DNA of 64,000 nucleotides. It comes from Candidatus Latescibacterota bacterium. GTDB taxonomy: Bacteria; Latescibacterota; UBA2968. Within the stretch, counting starts at the first letter, position 1; each line of letters begins with the position of its first letter. Of this stretch, positions 9,207 through 19,009 are shown piece after piece. The stretch lies in assembly GCA_965207885.1 (NCBI GenBank), contig OZ242311.1, forward strand, positions 2,432,001-2,496,000, read 5' to 3'. The notes below the pieces were generated by a model. It was not told the origin of the DNA. It worked only from the letters and a program-made list of their open reading frames with translations, and made no database searches. The translations under genes were made by a program, and so were the position numbers.

Positions 9207-10214
9207 TCATGCACAATCGGGATGGCCTTCTTTCCACCGCCCGAAGGGAACATCGGTCTGTCCGTCCTGATTGATTTTCGACATCGCCTTTCGGGTGTCT
9301 GACCACATTTGGGTCCACACTTTTGCATCTCTCAATTCGCGCTCTGGATGTTTGCGGCTGCGCGCGACAAAGCCCGGAAATGCCTCGCGTCCAGTCGTTT
9401 GACCGATGGGATTATACCGCAGATCAAAGCTCCAGCGGATTTTATCGCTTACATTGGGCAGCGATCCGTGTACTGTGCACTTGGGAAGAAAAATGACATC
9501 TCCCCGTTTGACCGGTAGCGGTATCATGCGTTCGGCTTCAAACAGCGATTCGGGTATCTGGCGCCCACCCGCTGTTTTGGGTCCATTTCCAAAATACGAT
9601 GGGCAATGTGTCAAAAGCCCGTGTTTGTGGCTGCCGGGTACGACTTTTAGAGGGCCTTGTTCAATACCGACGTCTTCGAGTGCAAACCACACGGTCAACA
9701 TATTTGTCTCATCTGCTTCTGGTACAACCACGCCCTGATCTTGATGCCAGATCGTTTCTCCCAAAACCGGATTTCCAAACTGGTTTTTGGGCAGAATATG
9801 CTCGGGTGGTTTAATCCGCACATGTTGTACGGGATTCGAGTATATCTCTGGTCCGATGAGCGATTCCACACAATCGAGCAGGGATTCAGCTGTAAAGGCA
9901 TTGAGAACAGCCTGTCCCGCCCAGAAAGGCGTGTCTGGTTTCACATTTTGAAATGGTAGCGAGAAATCGAAATACTGTTTGTGTACATCGCCCGTTTCAA
10001 TACAGACCGCGACGAATCGCTCGGCGAAATCAAGGTCTTCGAACAAGGAAGAAATCTCTTCTTGTTCGTAAAGATCGCGGACTAAGGTGTCGAGTACATC
10101 TGTATATTCTTCAATCACAGGATCCAACACGGTTTTTGGATCCAACACGCCCTCCACCACCAGATAGCCTTCTTCTTCAAACTGTGCGGTCTGCTCGGCA
10201 GTTAGGCAACCCAT
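9207..10214 (-). CDS. PhyH-family Fe(II)/2-oxoglutarate dioxygenase
   Basis: FEEEGYLVV, WHQD, VPGSHK, HGSLPN..RWSFDLRY. Confidence 0.88.
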   Translation of the reverse strand: MGCLTAEQTAQFEEEGYLVVEGVLDPKTVLDPVIEEYTDVLDTLVRDLYEQEEISSLFEDLDFAERFVAVCIETGDVHKQYFDFSLPFQNVKPDTPFWAGQAVLNAFTAESLLDCVESLIGPEIYSNPVQHVRIKPPEHILPKNQFGNPVLGETIWHQDQGVVVPEADETNMLTVWFALEDVGIEQGPLKVVPGSHKHGLLTHCPSYFGNGPKTAGGRQIPESLFEAERMIPLPVKRGDVIFLPKCTVHGSLPNVSDKIRWSFDLRYNPIGQTTGREAFPGFVARSRKHPERELRDAKVWTQMWSDTRKAMSKINQDGQTDVPFGRWKEGHPDCA

Positions 10215-10279
10215 GGTATTTCTCCTTTTTGTGGGACGTTTAACAGCTTTTGCTATAAATCAATTTCAGAGCCCAGGCG

Positions 10280-11170
10280 CTATTGTTCTGCTGCGACCAG
10301 CGTTAGCGCACCGGGCATAATTTCAAATATCAGTTCTTTGGAGCCTTTCCCAACCTCGCCATCAAATTGAAACCAATCACTTTTCTCGCGTGTGATATGG
10401 ACTTTTTGGGCTCGAAATATCTCGACGCCGGGCATGCGGTCAAAAGTGCCATTAAAAAGTCGATAGGTATTCAACACCAGGCGAATCCACCCCGGATGTG
10501 TAAACACGCATACATCGAGAAGTCCATCATCTGGCATCGCTTGAGGGGCTATGGTTGCGCCGCCTCCAAAGTCTGGCATGTTAGCTATGACAACGAACAA
10601 AGGCGTGCGCTCAATTTCACTATCAGAATCCAATCTCAATCGCAATGTCTGAGGGCGATATGAGAGAAGCGACAGCGCAGTGAGCACCAGATAGGGCAAG
10701 AATCCGCGGCGCCCCGTCCGGTTTGCATACCGATGGGCAACCACTGCGTCTAAGCCAATACCCGCCGTAGAAAAAAACAGGGCGTTGCCCACGCGCCCCA
10801 CATCGAGTTTTCTAATCTCTGGCTGAATAAAAGCGCGACAGGCTTTTGCCGGGTCAAGAGATAAATTCAACGCACGCGCAAACGCATTGCCCGATCCAGC
10901 GGGTACTACTCCCAGGGGTATCTCTGTGCCGAGTAGCGCGCTTCCAACTTCGTTAATGGTGCCATCGCCTCCAATGGCGACCACCAGATCGAATCCCATT
11001 TCGGATGCGCTTGTTGCCAATTCCGTGGCGTGCCCCGCGTACTGCGTCACTTCAAGGGCGAAATCCATCCCCGCTTTCTCACACGCGGCAATCACGCGAG
11101 ATCGAATATTGCGGTGTACTCCTGCATGTGGATTCGCAATGAAGAGCACGCGAGAGAATTGCACACTCAT
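10280..11170 (-). CDS. Diacylglycerol/lipid kinase family protein (YegS/DgkB-like)
   Basis: ANPHAG, GGDGTINEV, PAGSGNAFAR, DDGLLD, QFDGE. Confidence 0.9.
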   Translation of the reverse strand: MSVQFSRVLFIANPHAGVHRNIRSRVIAACEKAGMDFALEVTQYAGHATELATSASEMGFDLVVAIGGDGTINEVGSALLGTEIPLGVVPAGSGNAFARALNLSLDPAKACRAFIQPEIRKLDVGRVGNALFFSTAGIGLDAVVAHRYANRTGRRGFLPYLVLTALSLLSYRPQTLRLRLDSDSEIERTPLFVVIANMPDFGGGATIAPQAMPDDGLLDVCVFTHPGWIRLVLNTYRLFNGTFDRMPGVEIFRAQKVHITREKSDWFQFDGEVGKGSKELIFEIMPGALTLVAAEQ

Positions 11171-11754
11171 GTATGTAAAAAATCGACCAGGGTCTGACCG
11201 ATATCTCTCAAAATTTTTGGCGAAGGTTGTGATACATCGATTTGTTGCACGATTTCTTTGGGATAATGCTCCAATACAGCAATTGTTTGACGGTCGTACA
11301 CATCGAATCTCTTGCGAATAATTTGTTCATTTGCGTCATCAATGCGATATGCCACGAGCGCGCGTCCAAAGAGGCGTTTGATCAGTACATCGCGGTCTGG
11401 ACAATCCAATAAGATGATCAACTTTACATTTAAGTCTTCATCGGCCATTTGAGCCTGGGCCAGTGTGCGCGGTAGGCCATCTAAAATCAATGTCTGTTCG
11501 TCGGGCTTGAAATCGCCAAAATCAGCCAGGCGCAGCATGCGTTCTCGCCACAGTGCAACGACAAATTCGTCGGGCACCAACTCGCCTTTGCGAATACTCG
11601 CCAAAGCCATTTCCCCGGGCTGGCTATTGACGTCCAATGCCCTGAGCATATCGCCACTTGAAAAATGGTATAAACCTGGTATTTGTTTTAACACACTTCC
11701 CCATGTGCCCTTGCCAGCACCAGGGGGCCCAAATAATAAGACAGTATCATACAT
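11167..11754 (-). CDS. Adenylate kinase-family nucleoside monophosphate kinase (short LID)
   Basis: GPPGAGKGT P-loop, SSGDMLR, GELVPDE, LDGLPRT. Confidence 0.85.
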   Translation of the reverse strand: MYDTVLLFGPPGAGKGTWGSVLKQIPGLYHFSSGDMLRALDVNSQPGEMALASIRKGELVPDEFVVALWRERMLRLADFGDFKPDEQTLILDGLPRTLAQAQMADEDLNVKLIILLDCPDRDVLIKRLFGRALVAYRIDDANEQIIRKRFDVYDRQTIAVLEHYPKEIVQQIDVSQPSPKILRDIGQTLVDFLHT

Positions 11755-11854
11755 CGGTATAACTCCCTCGATTGTTTTTTGACAGAATGGAAATGTGAGT
11801 GTATAATTAAGCTATCAGCGATCAATGCGATAAGAGTTAAAAGCATCTCCCATC

Positions 11855-11934
11855 CTGGACGCCTGCTTTAGGCATGCAGGCGTGACGATAGGAATAGCGA
11901 TTGTCATCGCGGCAGGATTAAAGCCGCGATCCAG
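11855..11934. repeat. Pair of inverted REP/dRS3-like palindromes
   Basis: CTGGAC-GCCTGC..GCAGGC-GTGAC (11855-11886) and GTCAT-CGCGGC..GCCGCG-ATCCAG (11903-11934). Confidence 0.55.
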
Positions 11935-11978
11935 AAGGTTTTTTCTTACCGCTGTCCGCTTTCTTACAGGAGAACATC

Positions 11979-12596
11979 ATGAACCTCGATCCCGCTGCCA
12001 TCTCGCTGAAAAAAAATGGCGATAAAATTGAAGCTCTTATCCATGGGAAGACCTCATTTGTCGATCGCCTTGCCCGCGCGTTTCCCCACAGCAATCCCGA
12101 TCAATTTGTCAGTTTGATGGACGAATTGGGGCACGAAATTGGCATTATTGAAAATCCCAAAAAACTCGACGATACTTCGCGCAATTTGCTCGAAGCCGAA
12201 CTCAAAGCCATCTACTTTGTCCCGACCATCAGTGCCATAACTTCCGTCGTAGCCAAAGGCACGGGCAGTCAGTGGACTGTTGATACCGACGATGGCGAAT
12301 ATACTTTCCGCATTCTGGGTCGAGATGCACTCAAGGGCGATGAACCGCCTGCAATTGAAATCACGGATGAAAATGGCAAGCGATACAAAATTGACAATTA
12401 CTGGGATCTCGATGCGGAAAGCCGGGACCTGACTTCTGACCTGTTGCCCGATAAAGTTATCAAGGCGCGCTATTACACCCGATCGATCTCGAGTAGTAGA
12501 AGTGGCAGAGGCAGAGGTTCGAGCAGTCGCGGTGGTAGTAGTAGTGGCGGTAGTAGCGGTAGTAGCGGCATGGGCGGATCGATTGGCATACGATGA
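11979..12596 (+). CDS. DUF1854-like protein with Ser/Gly/Arg low-complexity tail
   Basis: RAFPHSNPDQFVSL..EIGII, YFVPTI, WTVDTDDG, ITDENGKRYKI. Confidence 0.7.
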   Translation: MNLDPAAISLKKNGDKIEALIHGKTSFVDRLARAFPHSNPDQFVSLMDELGHEIGIIENPKKLDDTSRNLLEAELKAIYFVPTISAITSVVAKGTGSQWTVDTDDGEYTFRILGRDALKGDEPPAIEITDENGKRYKIDNYWDLDAESRDLTSDLLPDKVIKARYYTRSISSSRSGRGRGSSSRGGSSSGGSSGSSGMGGSIGIR

Positions 12597-12617
12597 TTCG
12601 CCGGGCATAGTGATCTG

Positions 12618-13787
12618 CTACCGCACCCCTAACAATAAGTCGGCCAGCAACTGATCCAGACGCTCATAGCCCAATCCAATGCGCCCCATTGCATCGATAT
12701 CAAATTGCACTTGTTTGAGTTCCAGCGATTTTTCCGGGCTGTATTTGCCCAGATGCTGTTCGTATTCGGGGTTCTGGTTTCCAATTTCTTGCAAGATTCC
12801 CTGAATTTCGGCATCTGCTTCAAATTGTGCCGCTTTATCCCTTAAGATATTGTACGTACGCATACACCCTGCGGCAAAATCCCATACCCCTTCTTCGTCT
12901 TCTGTGCGAAATGCGTGTGCGTCGAAGTGTCTTGGACCCGCATAACCGTTGTTTTCGAGCAAGCGCACGAGCAAAAAGGCACTTTTGTAATCTTCTGAGC
13001 CAAACCGAAAGTCCTGATCATAGCGCCCAAAACGCTGGTCGTTTAAGTCGATGTGGAAGAGTTTGCCCGCTTCGAGTGCTTGCGCCACGCCGTGATGGAA
13101 ATTTAAGCCCGCCATGTGTTCGTGTGCAACTTCCGGGTTGACGCCCACCATTTCGGGGTAATCCAGCGTTTCGATAAATGCCAGATAATGCCCGGTTGTG
13201 GGAAAGTACATATCGGCGCGCGGTTCATTGGGTTTGGCTTCGAGTGCGAAATTCAAATCGTATTTCTGGTCGCGCACGTAGTCGCACAAATAATTTAAGC
13301 CATCTCTGTAGCGTTTGAGGGCATCGATGGGATCTTTTGCCACGTTGCATTCGGCGCCTTCGCGTCCACCCCAAAATACATAGGTTTTTGCACCCAATTC
13401 GACGCCTAAATCAATGGCTTGCATAATTTTTTGCAACCCATAAGCGCGAATTTTGGGATCGTTGGACGTAAAGCCCCCATCCTTAAATACGGGATGAGAA
13501 AATGTATTGGTGGTTGCCATGGGCACGACCATGCCGCAATTTTTTAGTGCGTTTTTGAAACCGCTTACGATTTTATCGCGCTGTTGTAGTGTGGCATCAA
13601 TTGGCACGAGGTCGTTATCGTGCAGGTTAATGCCCCATGCGCCCAGTTCGCTCAAGCGTTGCACAATCCGCTCGGGCGCAAGTGTTTGGCGCGTTGGGTC
13701 GCCAAAGGGATCGCGTCCGGGATTTCCCACTGTCCACAAACCAAATGAAAATTTATCTTCTCTTGTGGGCGTATATACATCGGCCAT
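12618..13787 (-). CDS. xylA: Xylose isomerase (class I)
   Basis: [40 protein letters not shown]. Confidence 0.95.
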   Translation of the reverse strand: MADVYTPTREDKFSFGLWTVGNPGRDPFGDPTRQTLAPERIVQRLSELGAWGINLHDNDLVPIDATLQQRDKIVSGFKNALKNCGMVVPMATTNTFSHPVFKDGGFTSNDPKIRAYGLQKIMQAIDLGVELGAKTYVFWGGREGAECNVAKDPIDALKRYRDGLNYLCDYVRDQKYDLNFALEAKPNEPRADMYFPTTGHYLAFIETLDYPEMVGVNPEVAHEHMAGLNFHHGVAQALEAGKLFHIDLNDQRFGRYDQDFRFGSEDYKSAFLLVRLLENNGYAGPRHFDAHAFRTEDEEGVWDFAAGCMRTYNILRDKAAQFEADAEIQGILQEIGNQNPEYEQHLGKYSPEKSLELKQVQFDIDAMGRIGLGYERLDQLLADLLLGVR

Positions 13788-13906
13788 TGGACCTCCTCAA
13801 AATACGAATTAAAAATGCCAATAAAGCGTTGCAACTTCCGCGTGCAAAATATCATGGTGAAGTCTGACTGTCAATGGACATTTCCACAACTCATCGGGAG
13901 CACAAA

Positions 13907-15142
13907 ATGATTATTCGCGATCCCGTTCACGGCGATATGTCGTTTAATGAATCCGAACGCCGGGTTATGGACACGCGACAAATGCAACGCCTGCGCGGCG
14001 TGCGCCAAACAGGATCGGCATATCTGGTCTATCCGGGCTGTGTCCACACGCGTTTTGAACACTCGCTGGGCACAACGGCGATGTCGCGGCGCGTGCTCGA
14101 TGTCTTGAGACGCGGTGGCGCGCAAATCGAATCCGAGCAGGCCGATGCGGTCGCATTGGCCGCGCTGGTTCACGACATTTCGCACTTGCCCTTTGGACAT
14201 ACGTTTGAAGATGAACGCAAGCTCTTTCCCCGCCACGACACAGCCGCCCGCATGAAACATTTCTTAACGCAAACAGAAATCGCGCAAGCACTCGATGCTT
14301 CGGGCCTGCGCGATACGGTGATTTCTCTGCTTACAGATAAATCGTTTTCACCGGCGTGGATGCAGCAGATTGTGTCCAGCACCATCGATGCCGACTTGCT
14401 CGATTATTTGCGTCGCGATGCGTATTTTGCAGGCCTGCGTCAGGATTATGACGACCGAATTTTTAGCACCTTTATGCTTGCCGATGAAAATCTCGCGATT
14501 GATGTGACCCGTCTCAGTACGCGCACCGAGTTGCTGCACTTGTTACGGCTGCGCTATTTTCTTACCGAGCGCGTTTATTATCACCACGCCAAAGTGTCAT
14601 CGGGTGCTATGATTGCCAAAGCCGTCGAGATCGCCACCGAACACGGTCTTGCTGAAACCGATCTTTACACTTTGACGGACGATGCCCTTTTTCGCCATTT
14701 GCTCGGCTATAAAGACCCGCGCATTGACCGTTTGATCAACGGCGTTTGCGAACGGCGGCTGCTCAAACGCGCCTATATGATTTCGACTGCCGAAGTGGGG
14801 CGCCGGGGGCGCGATGAGTTGATTGCCACCTACAATCGATCTGTCGAGAGTAGGCAGCAGATTGAGCGGCAAATCGCCGATGCTGTGACCATTAACCCCG
14901 ACCAGGTTATTCTCTACTGCCCGGATATCTCTGCCATCAAAGAAGCGCGCGTGCGCGTTGTTACGCAAAATGGCTTGAGCCGCCTGAACGATCCCCCAGA
15001 CAATCCGCCTTTTGATGTAAAGGTCGTGGAAGACCAGTATGAACGGCTCTGGAAATTTTACATTTTTGCACCCGAAGGTTATAGAGAGCGCGTTGGAAAA
15101 GTGTGCGAGCGCGTATTTGGCGAATCAAATGCGCTGGTATAA
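13907..15142 (+). CDS. HD-domain phosphohydrolase (dNTPase/SAMHD1-like)
   Basis: IRDPVHG, QRLRGVRQ, HTRFEHSLG, LVHDISH, DADLLDYLRRD, VYYHH. Confidence 0.88.
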   Translation: MIIRDPVHGDMSFNESERRVMDTRQMQRLRGVRQTGSAYLVYPGCVHTRFEHSLGTTAMSRRVLDVLRRGGAQIESEQADAVALAALVHDISHLPFGHTFEDERKLFPRHDTAARMKHFLTQTEIAQALDASGLRDTVISLLTDKSFSPAWMQQIVSSTIDADLLDYLRRDAYFAGLRQDYDDRIFSTFMLADENLAIDVTRLSTRTELLHLLRLRYFLTERVYYHHAKVSSGAMIAKAVEIATEHGLAETDLYTLTDDALFRHLLGYKDPRIDRLINGVCERRLLKRAYMISTAEVGRRGRDELIATYNRSVESRQQIERQIADAVTINPDQVILYCPDISAIKEARVRVVTQNGLSRLNDPPDNPPFDVKVVEDQYERLWKFYIFAPEGYRERVGKVCERVFGESNALV

Positions 15143-15148
15143 CGATCT

Positions 15149-15652
15149 TTATTGGGACCGTTGTGATCGGTGTTTGACGCGATCAAATAACGGCGTGTCT
15201 GCCTGTCCCTCTATCTTTTTGTGGCATGAAGGGCATAGACTGATTAGATTGCTCAGTTGATTGGCCTCTTTTGGAGAGTCGAAAAGCCGGTACGGTATTT
15301 TGTGATGTACATCCATCTGCCGGCCGAGCGCGTCTTCTGTAATCCCACAAGACGCGCAACAAAACCCATCGCGCGCACGCGCCTTGTCCGCTTGAATTTT
15401 CCAATTTCCCCCGCGATACTCTGGACGACCTTCCAGCACGAGTTCAAAATCCTCTTCAGATTCCCAATGGGTTCTGCACTCGTTGCTGCAAAATTGGGAG
15501 CGCATGCCCTTTTCAATATACCAGCGCGGCTGGGCAAATCGCTTGTCGCATTGCATACATCGCACGGTGATATCGTCTTCGCGCCGAACTTTTTGTTCTT
15601 CTTCAAACGATAGGCGCATTTGCGGCGATGATAGATACTTTTTGTTGTTCAT
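15149..15652 (-). CDS. Small HNH endonuclease with N-terminal Zn-ribbon
   Basis: CMQC..FCSNEC; RARDGFCCASCG..DVHHKIP..NLISLCPSCH. Confidence 0.82.
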   Translation of the reverse strand: MNNKKYLSSPQMRLSFEEEQKVRREDDITVRCMQCDKRFAQPRWYIEKGMRSQFCSNECRTHWESEEDFELVLEGRPEYRGGNWKIQADKARARDGFCCASCGITEDALGRQMDVHHKIPYRLFDSPKEANQLSNLISLCPSCHKKIEGQADTPLFDRVKHRSQRSQ

Positions 15653-15815
15653 CGTTTTAAAACCTCACACATCAATAGCGCACTTGATTAGTCCAAATAT
15701 AGGTTGGAATAAATTGCAAGTCCATAGAAAGAATAGATTGTGCCCCACGTAGAGATTGGATATTGTATCTGAATTTATTATACTATCCGCACTTATACCT
15801 GAACAGGAGAAACCC

Positions 15816-18194
15816 GTGTTTAAGAATTATATCACAATCGCGATCCGCAATTTTTGGGGACAAAAAACCCATTCCATCATCAATATTGCGGGCCTTTCCG
15901 TGGGCCTGACCTGTAGTTTTTTAATTTTTATGTGGATCACCCACGAACTCAGCTACAATCAATTCCATTTGGAAGGCGACCGAATTTACCGCCTCATGCG
16001 GCATCATCACGGCATGAATAAGATCTCGACATTGTCTTCTATCCCCCAGCCAAGTGCCAAATTGCTGGAAGAGCGATATCCCGAAGTGACCGAGACCGTG
16101 CTTGTGACCTGGACTCAGCCCATGCTTTTGACACAGGGGAAACAGACTTTTCGGGATCGCGGATATCACGCTGGACCGGCCTTTTTTAAGATTTTCACCT
16201 TTCCTCTCATCCTGGGCGATCCCGAAACAGCGCTTTCGGAACCGAATAATATCGCCATCTCAGAGCGACTGGCCGAGAAGTATTTCGGAGAGGATTGGAG
16301 AAGTATTGCGATGGGGCAGATATTTGTGGTGAATAGTACGCACGCCCTGATGCAATACGATAACAAAAGTTTTAAGGTGACCGGGGTTTTTGAAAACATG
16401 CCCGTAAATTCGACGCTGAGATATGACTGTATTTTGCCAATGGCATCTTATTTGGCCAATAAACGCAGTTTTTCTCAGTGGACGGTAAATCACCTTCGGC
16501 TATACGTTCAGTTGCAAAAGGATGTCAATATCGATCAATTCAATGCCAAAATAAAAAATATTATTAGAGAGAATGATAAGACGGTTACAAGCGATGCTTT
16601 TTTACAACCCTTTCAGGATATCCATCTGTATTCCGACTACAGGAATGGCAAACTGGTCGGTGGTCGGATTGACTATGTGCGGATGTTTATTGTCGTGGCT
16701 GTGTTCATCATCCTGATCGCGAGTATCAACTTTATGAATCTATCGACTGCGCGTTCTACGCAACGCGCCCGGGAAATCGGGATTCGCAAGGTTGCCGGGG
16801 CACATAAAACAATTCTAATTGGGCAGTTTATGGGAGAATCTCTCATGATGACCATGTTCGCTGCCATTCTGGCTCTGGTTATGGTCATTTTGGTTTTGCC
16901 GTCGTTTAGCGATTTGATTAATCAGACGCTCACGACTGATCTTTTTAGTATCGAGATTCTTCTCATTTTTTTTGGTATTGCGATTGTAACCGGTTTGCTC
17001 GCGGGAAGCTATCCCGCTTTTTTCCTGTCCAATTTTAATCCCGTCGTTGTTTTGCACGGTACTTTTACACCGGGGTCGGGTTCGAGTCAGTTGCGCCGGG
17101 TGCTGGTGGTATTCCAATTTGGTCTTTCTATTTTGCTCATTATCGGTACGCTGACGGTTTATGAGCAGATTGCGTATATGCGAAATAAAGATCTGGGAAT
17201 TGACCGCGATAATCTGGTGTATATACGGTTGGAAGGTGCAGCTAAGCGGCAGTATGAGACTTTCAGACGCGAACTTTTGCAACAGCCGGGCATTGTCGGT
17301 GTGACCAGTACCGCACACAATCCACTCAGGGTAACGAGTACCGGAACAAATGCCATGTGGGCGGGTCGAGATCCCAGTTCAGAACATATTTTTCACAGGT
17401 TACAGGCCAACTACGATGTGGTCAATACCCTGCAAATGGAGCTTGTTCACGGGCGCGAATTTTCCAGAGATTTTCCCGGTGATCTCAGAAGTTTTATCGT
17501 GAATGAAGAAATGGCTCGAGCCATGGGCATGGAAAACCCGGTTGGCACCCTTCTGCGGTTTGGTCGCGAGGGTCCAATTATTGGTGTGGTTAAAAATTTT
17601 CATTTCCAATCACTGTACACCGCCATCGAACCGCTGATTATTCTTCTGAGTCCCGCCCGGACGGAGTATTTATTTGTTCGTATTGCCGCGGGACAAACGG
17701 CTGAGACTATTGCAGGTATTGAGAGGGTATTTAAGAAATTCAATGATCGTCCTTTTGAATTTTCTTTTCAGGACGAACAGTTTGAAAGGATGTATCGCAA
17801 CGAAAGCACAATGGGCACTCTGGCCACTTTTTTTGCCATTTTCGCCATTTTTATTTCTTGCTTGGGTCTGTTTGGTCTGGCGTCCTATACCGCCGAACAA
17901 CGCACTAAGGAAATCGGTATTAGAAAAATTCTCGGTGCGTCCATTCCCAATCTCGTCATTCTGCTTTCCAAAGAGTTCATCAGGCTGGTTGTCGTCTCCT
18001 TTGCTCTGGCCGCCCCGCTGGCCTATCACTTTATGAACGAGTGGTTAAATGATTTTGCCTATCACACATCTCTGGGATGGCGCGTCTTTGTTTTCGCTGG
18101 CGTCCTGTCTCTGATTATCGCCTGTATCACTGTGAGCTATCAAGCGATCAAAGTTGCCATGGCCAATCCGGTTGAATCGCTGCGGTATGAGTAG
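15816..18194 (+). CDS. ABC transporter permease, duplicated MacB/FtsX domains
   Basis: FKNYITIAIRN, RAREIGIRKVAGA, RTKEIGIRKILGAS, ANPVESLRYE; GTG after AGGAG. Confidence 0.88.
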   Translation: MFKNYITIAIRNFWGQKTHSIINIAGLSVGLTCSFLIFMWITHELSYNQFHLEGDRIYRLMRHHHGMNKISTLSSIPQPSAKLLEERYPEVTETVLVTWTQPMLLTQGKQTFRDRGYHAGPAFFKIFTFPLILGDPETALSEPNNIAISERLAEKYFGEDWRSIAMGQIFVVNSTHALMQYDNKSFKVTGVFENMPVNSTLRYDCILPMASYLANKRSFSQWTVNHLRLYVQLQKDVNIDQFNAKIKNIIRENDKTVTSDAFLQPFQDIHLYSDYRNGKLVGGRIDYVRMFIVVAVFIILIASINFMNLSTARSTQRAREIGIRKVAGAHKTILIGQFMGESLMMTMFAAILALVMVILVLPSFSDLINQTLTTDLFSIEILLIFFGIAIVTGLLAGSYPAFFLSNFNPVVVLHGTFTPGSGSSQLRRVLVVFQFGLSILLIIGTLTVYEQIAYMRNKDLGIDRDNLVYIRLEGAAKRQYETFRRELLQQPGIVGVTSTAHNPLRVTSTGTNAMWAGRDPSSEHIFHRLQANYDVVNTLQMELVHGREFSRDFPGDLRSFIVNEEMARAMGMENPVGTLLRFGREGPIIGVVKNFHFQSLYTAIEPLIILLSPARTEYLFVRIAAGQTAETIAGIERVFKKFNDRPFEFSFQDEQFERMYRNESTMGTLATFFAIFAIFISCLGLFGLASYTAEQRTKEIGIRKILGASIPNLVILLSKEFIRLVVVSFALAAPLAYHFMNEWLNDFAYHTSLGWRVFVFAGVLSLIIACITVSYQAIKVAMANPVESLRYE

Positions 18195-18227
18195 AGGCAC
18201 AGGCAAAGAATTAAATGGAGGAACTCA

Positions 18228-19004
18228 ATGGAATCCCTGCCCCTGCTTTCGGGCCATGCAATGCCTATTGTCGGTCTCGGTACCTGGCCGATGAGAGGTA
18301 ATCAATGTAAAGAGGTCATTAAACAGGCTCTCGAATTGGGCTATACGCACTTCGATACGGCCTGGATCTACCAGAATCAGCGCGAAATAGGCGAAGCCCT
18401 GCGGGAGGTCGGTGCTGATCGCTCAAAACTTTTTATAACCTCCAAAGTCGGTAGAGATTATCTGCAATATGACGTCGCGCTAAGACAGGCCGATGAGATT
18501 CTCCAGCTTCTCCAGATGGACTATGTGGATCTGTTGCTCGTTCACTGGCCCAACGAGACCGTGCCGATGGAAGGGTTCATTCGCGCTTTCAACGAGTTTT
18601 TCGATGCGGGTAAAGCGAGAAGTATTGGGGTTAGCAACTTTTCGGTCGAACAAATGGAACGCGCCCGTTCGCTATCTACAGCACCTATCAGTGTCAATCA
18701 GATTAAATATCATCCGGGTTACGAACAGCGAGATGTTTTGCAATGGTGCCTGGAAAACGATGTGGTGGTGACTGCGTATTCCCCTCTGGGGAAGAAGGAT
18801 ATTCTTCGGGATCCCGTCCTGCTGGACATCGCCCGTATCCACGATAAGACCTCTGCACATGTCGCCCTCAAGTGGCTGCTGCAAAAAGGCATGATCGTTA
18901 TTCCCAAAGCGAGTTCCCGAGCACATCTCCAGGCGAATCTCGATGTTTTTGACTGGTCCCTATCTGAAAGCGAGATGCAGTCCATTGACCGCATAGCGGG
19001 GTAA
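18228..19004 (+). CDS. Aldo/keto reductase
   Basis: GLGTW, DTAWIYQN, DLLLVHWP, IGVSNF, AYSPLG, IPKAS. Confidence 0.92.
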   Translation: MESLPLLSGHAMPIVGLGTWPMRGNQCKEVIKQALELGYTHFDTAWIYQNQREIGEALREVGADRSKLFITSKVGRDYLQYDVALRQADEILQLLQMDYVDLLLVHWPNETVPMEGFIRAFNEFFDAGKARSIGVSNFSVEQMERARSLSTAPISVNQIKYHPGYEQRDVLQWCLENDVVVTAYSPLGKKDILRDPVLLDIARIHDKTSAHVALKWLLQKGMIVIPKASSRAHLQANLDVFDWSLSESEMQSIDRIAG

Positions 19005-19009
19005 ACGAA

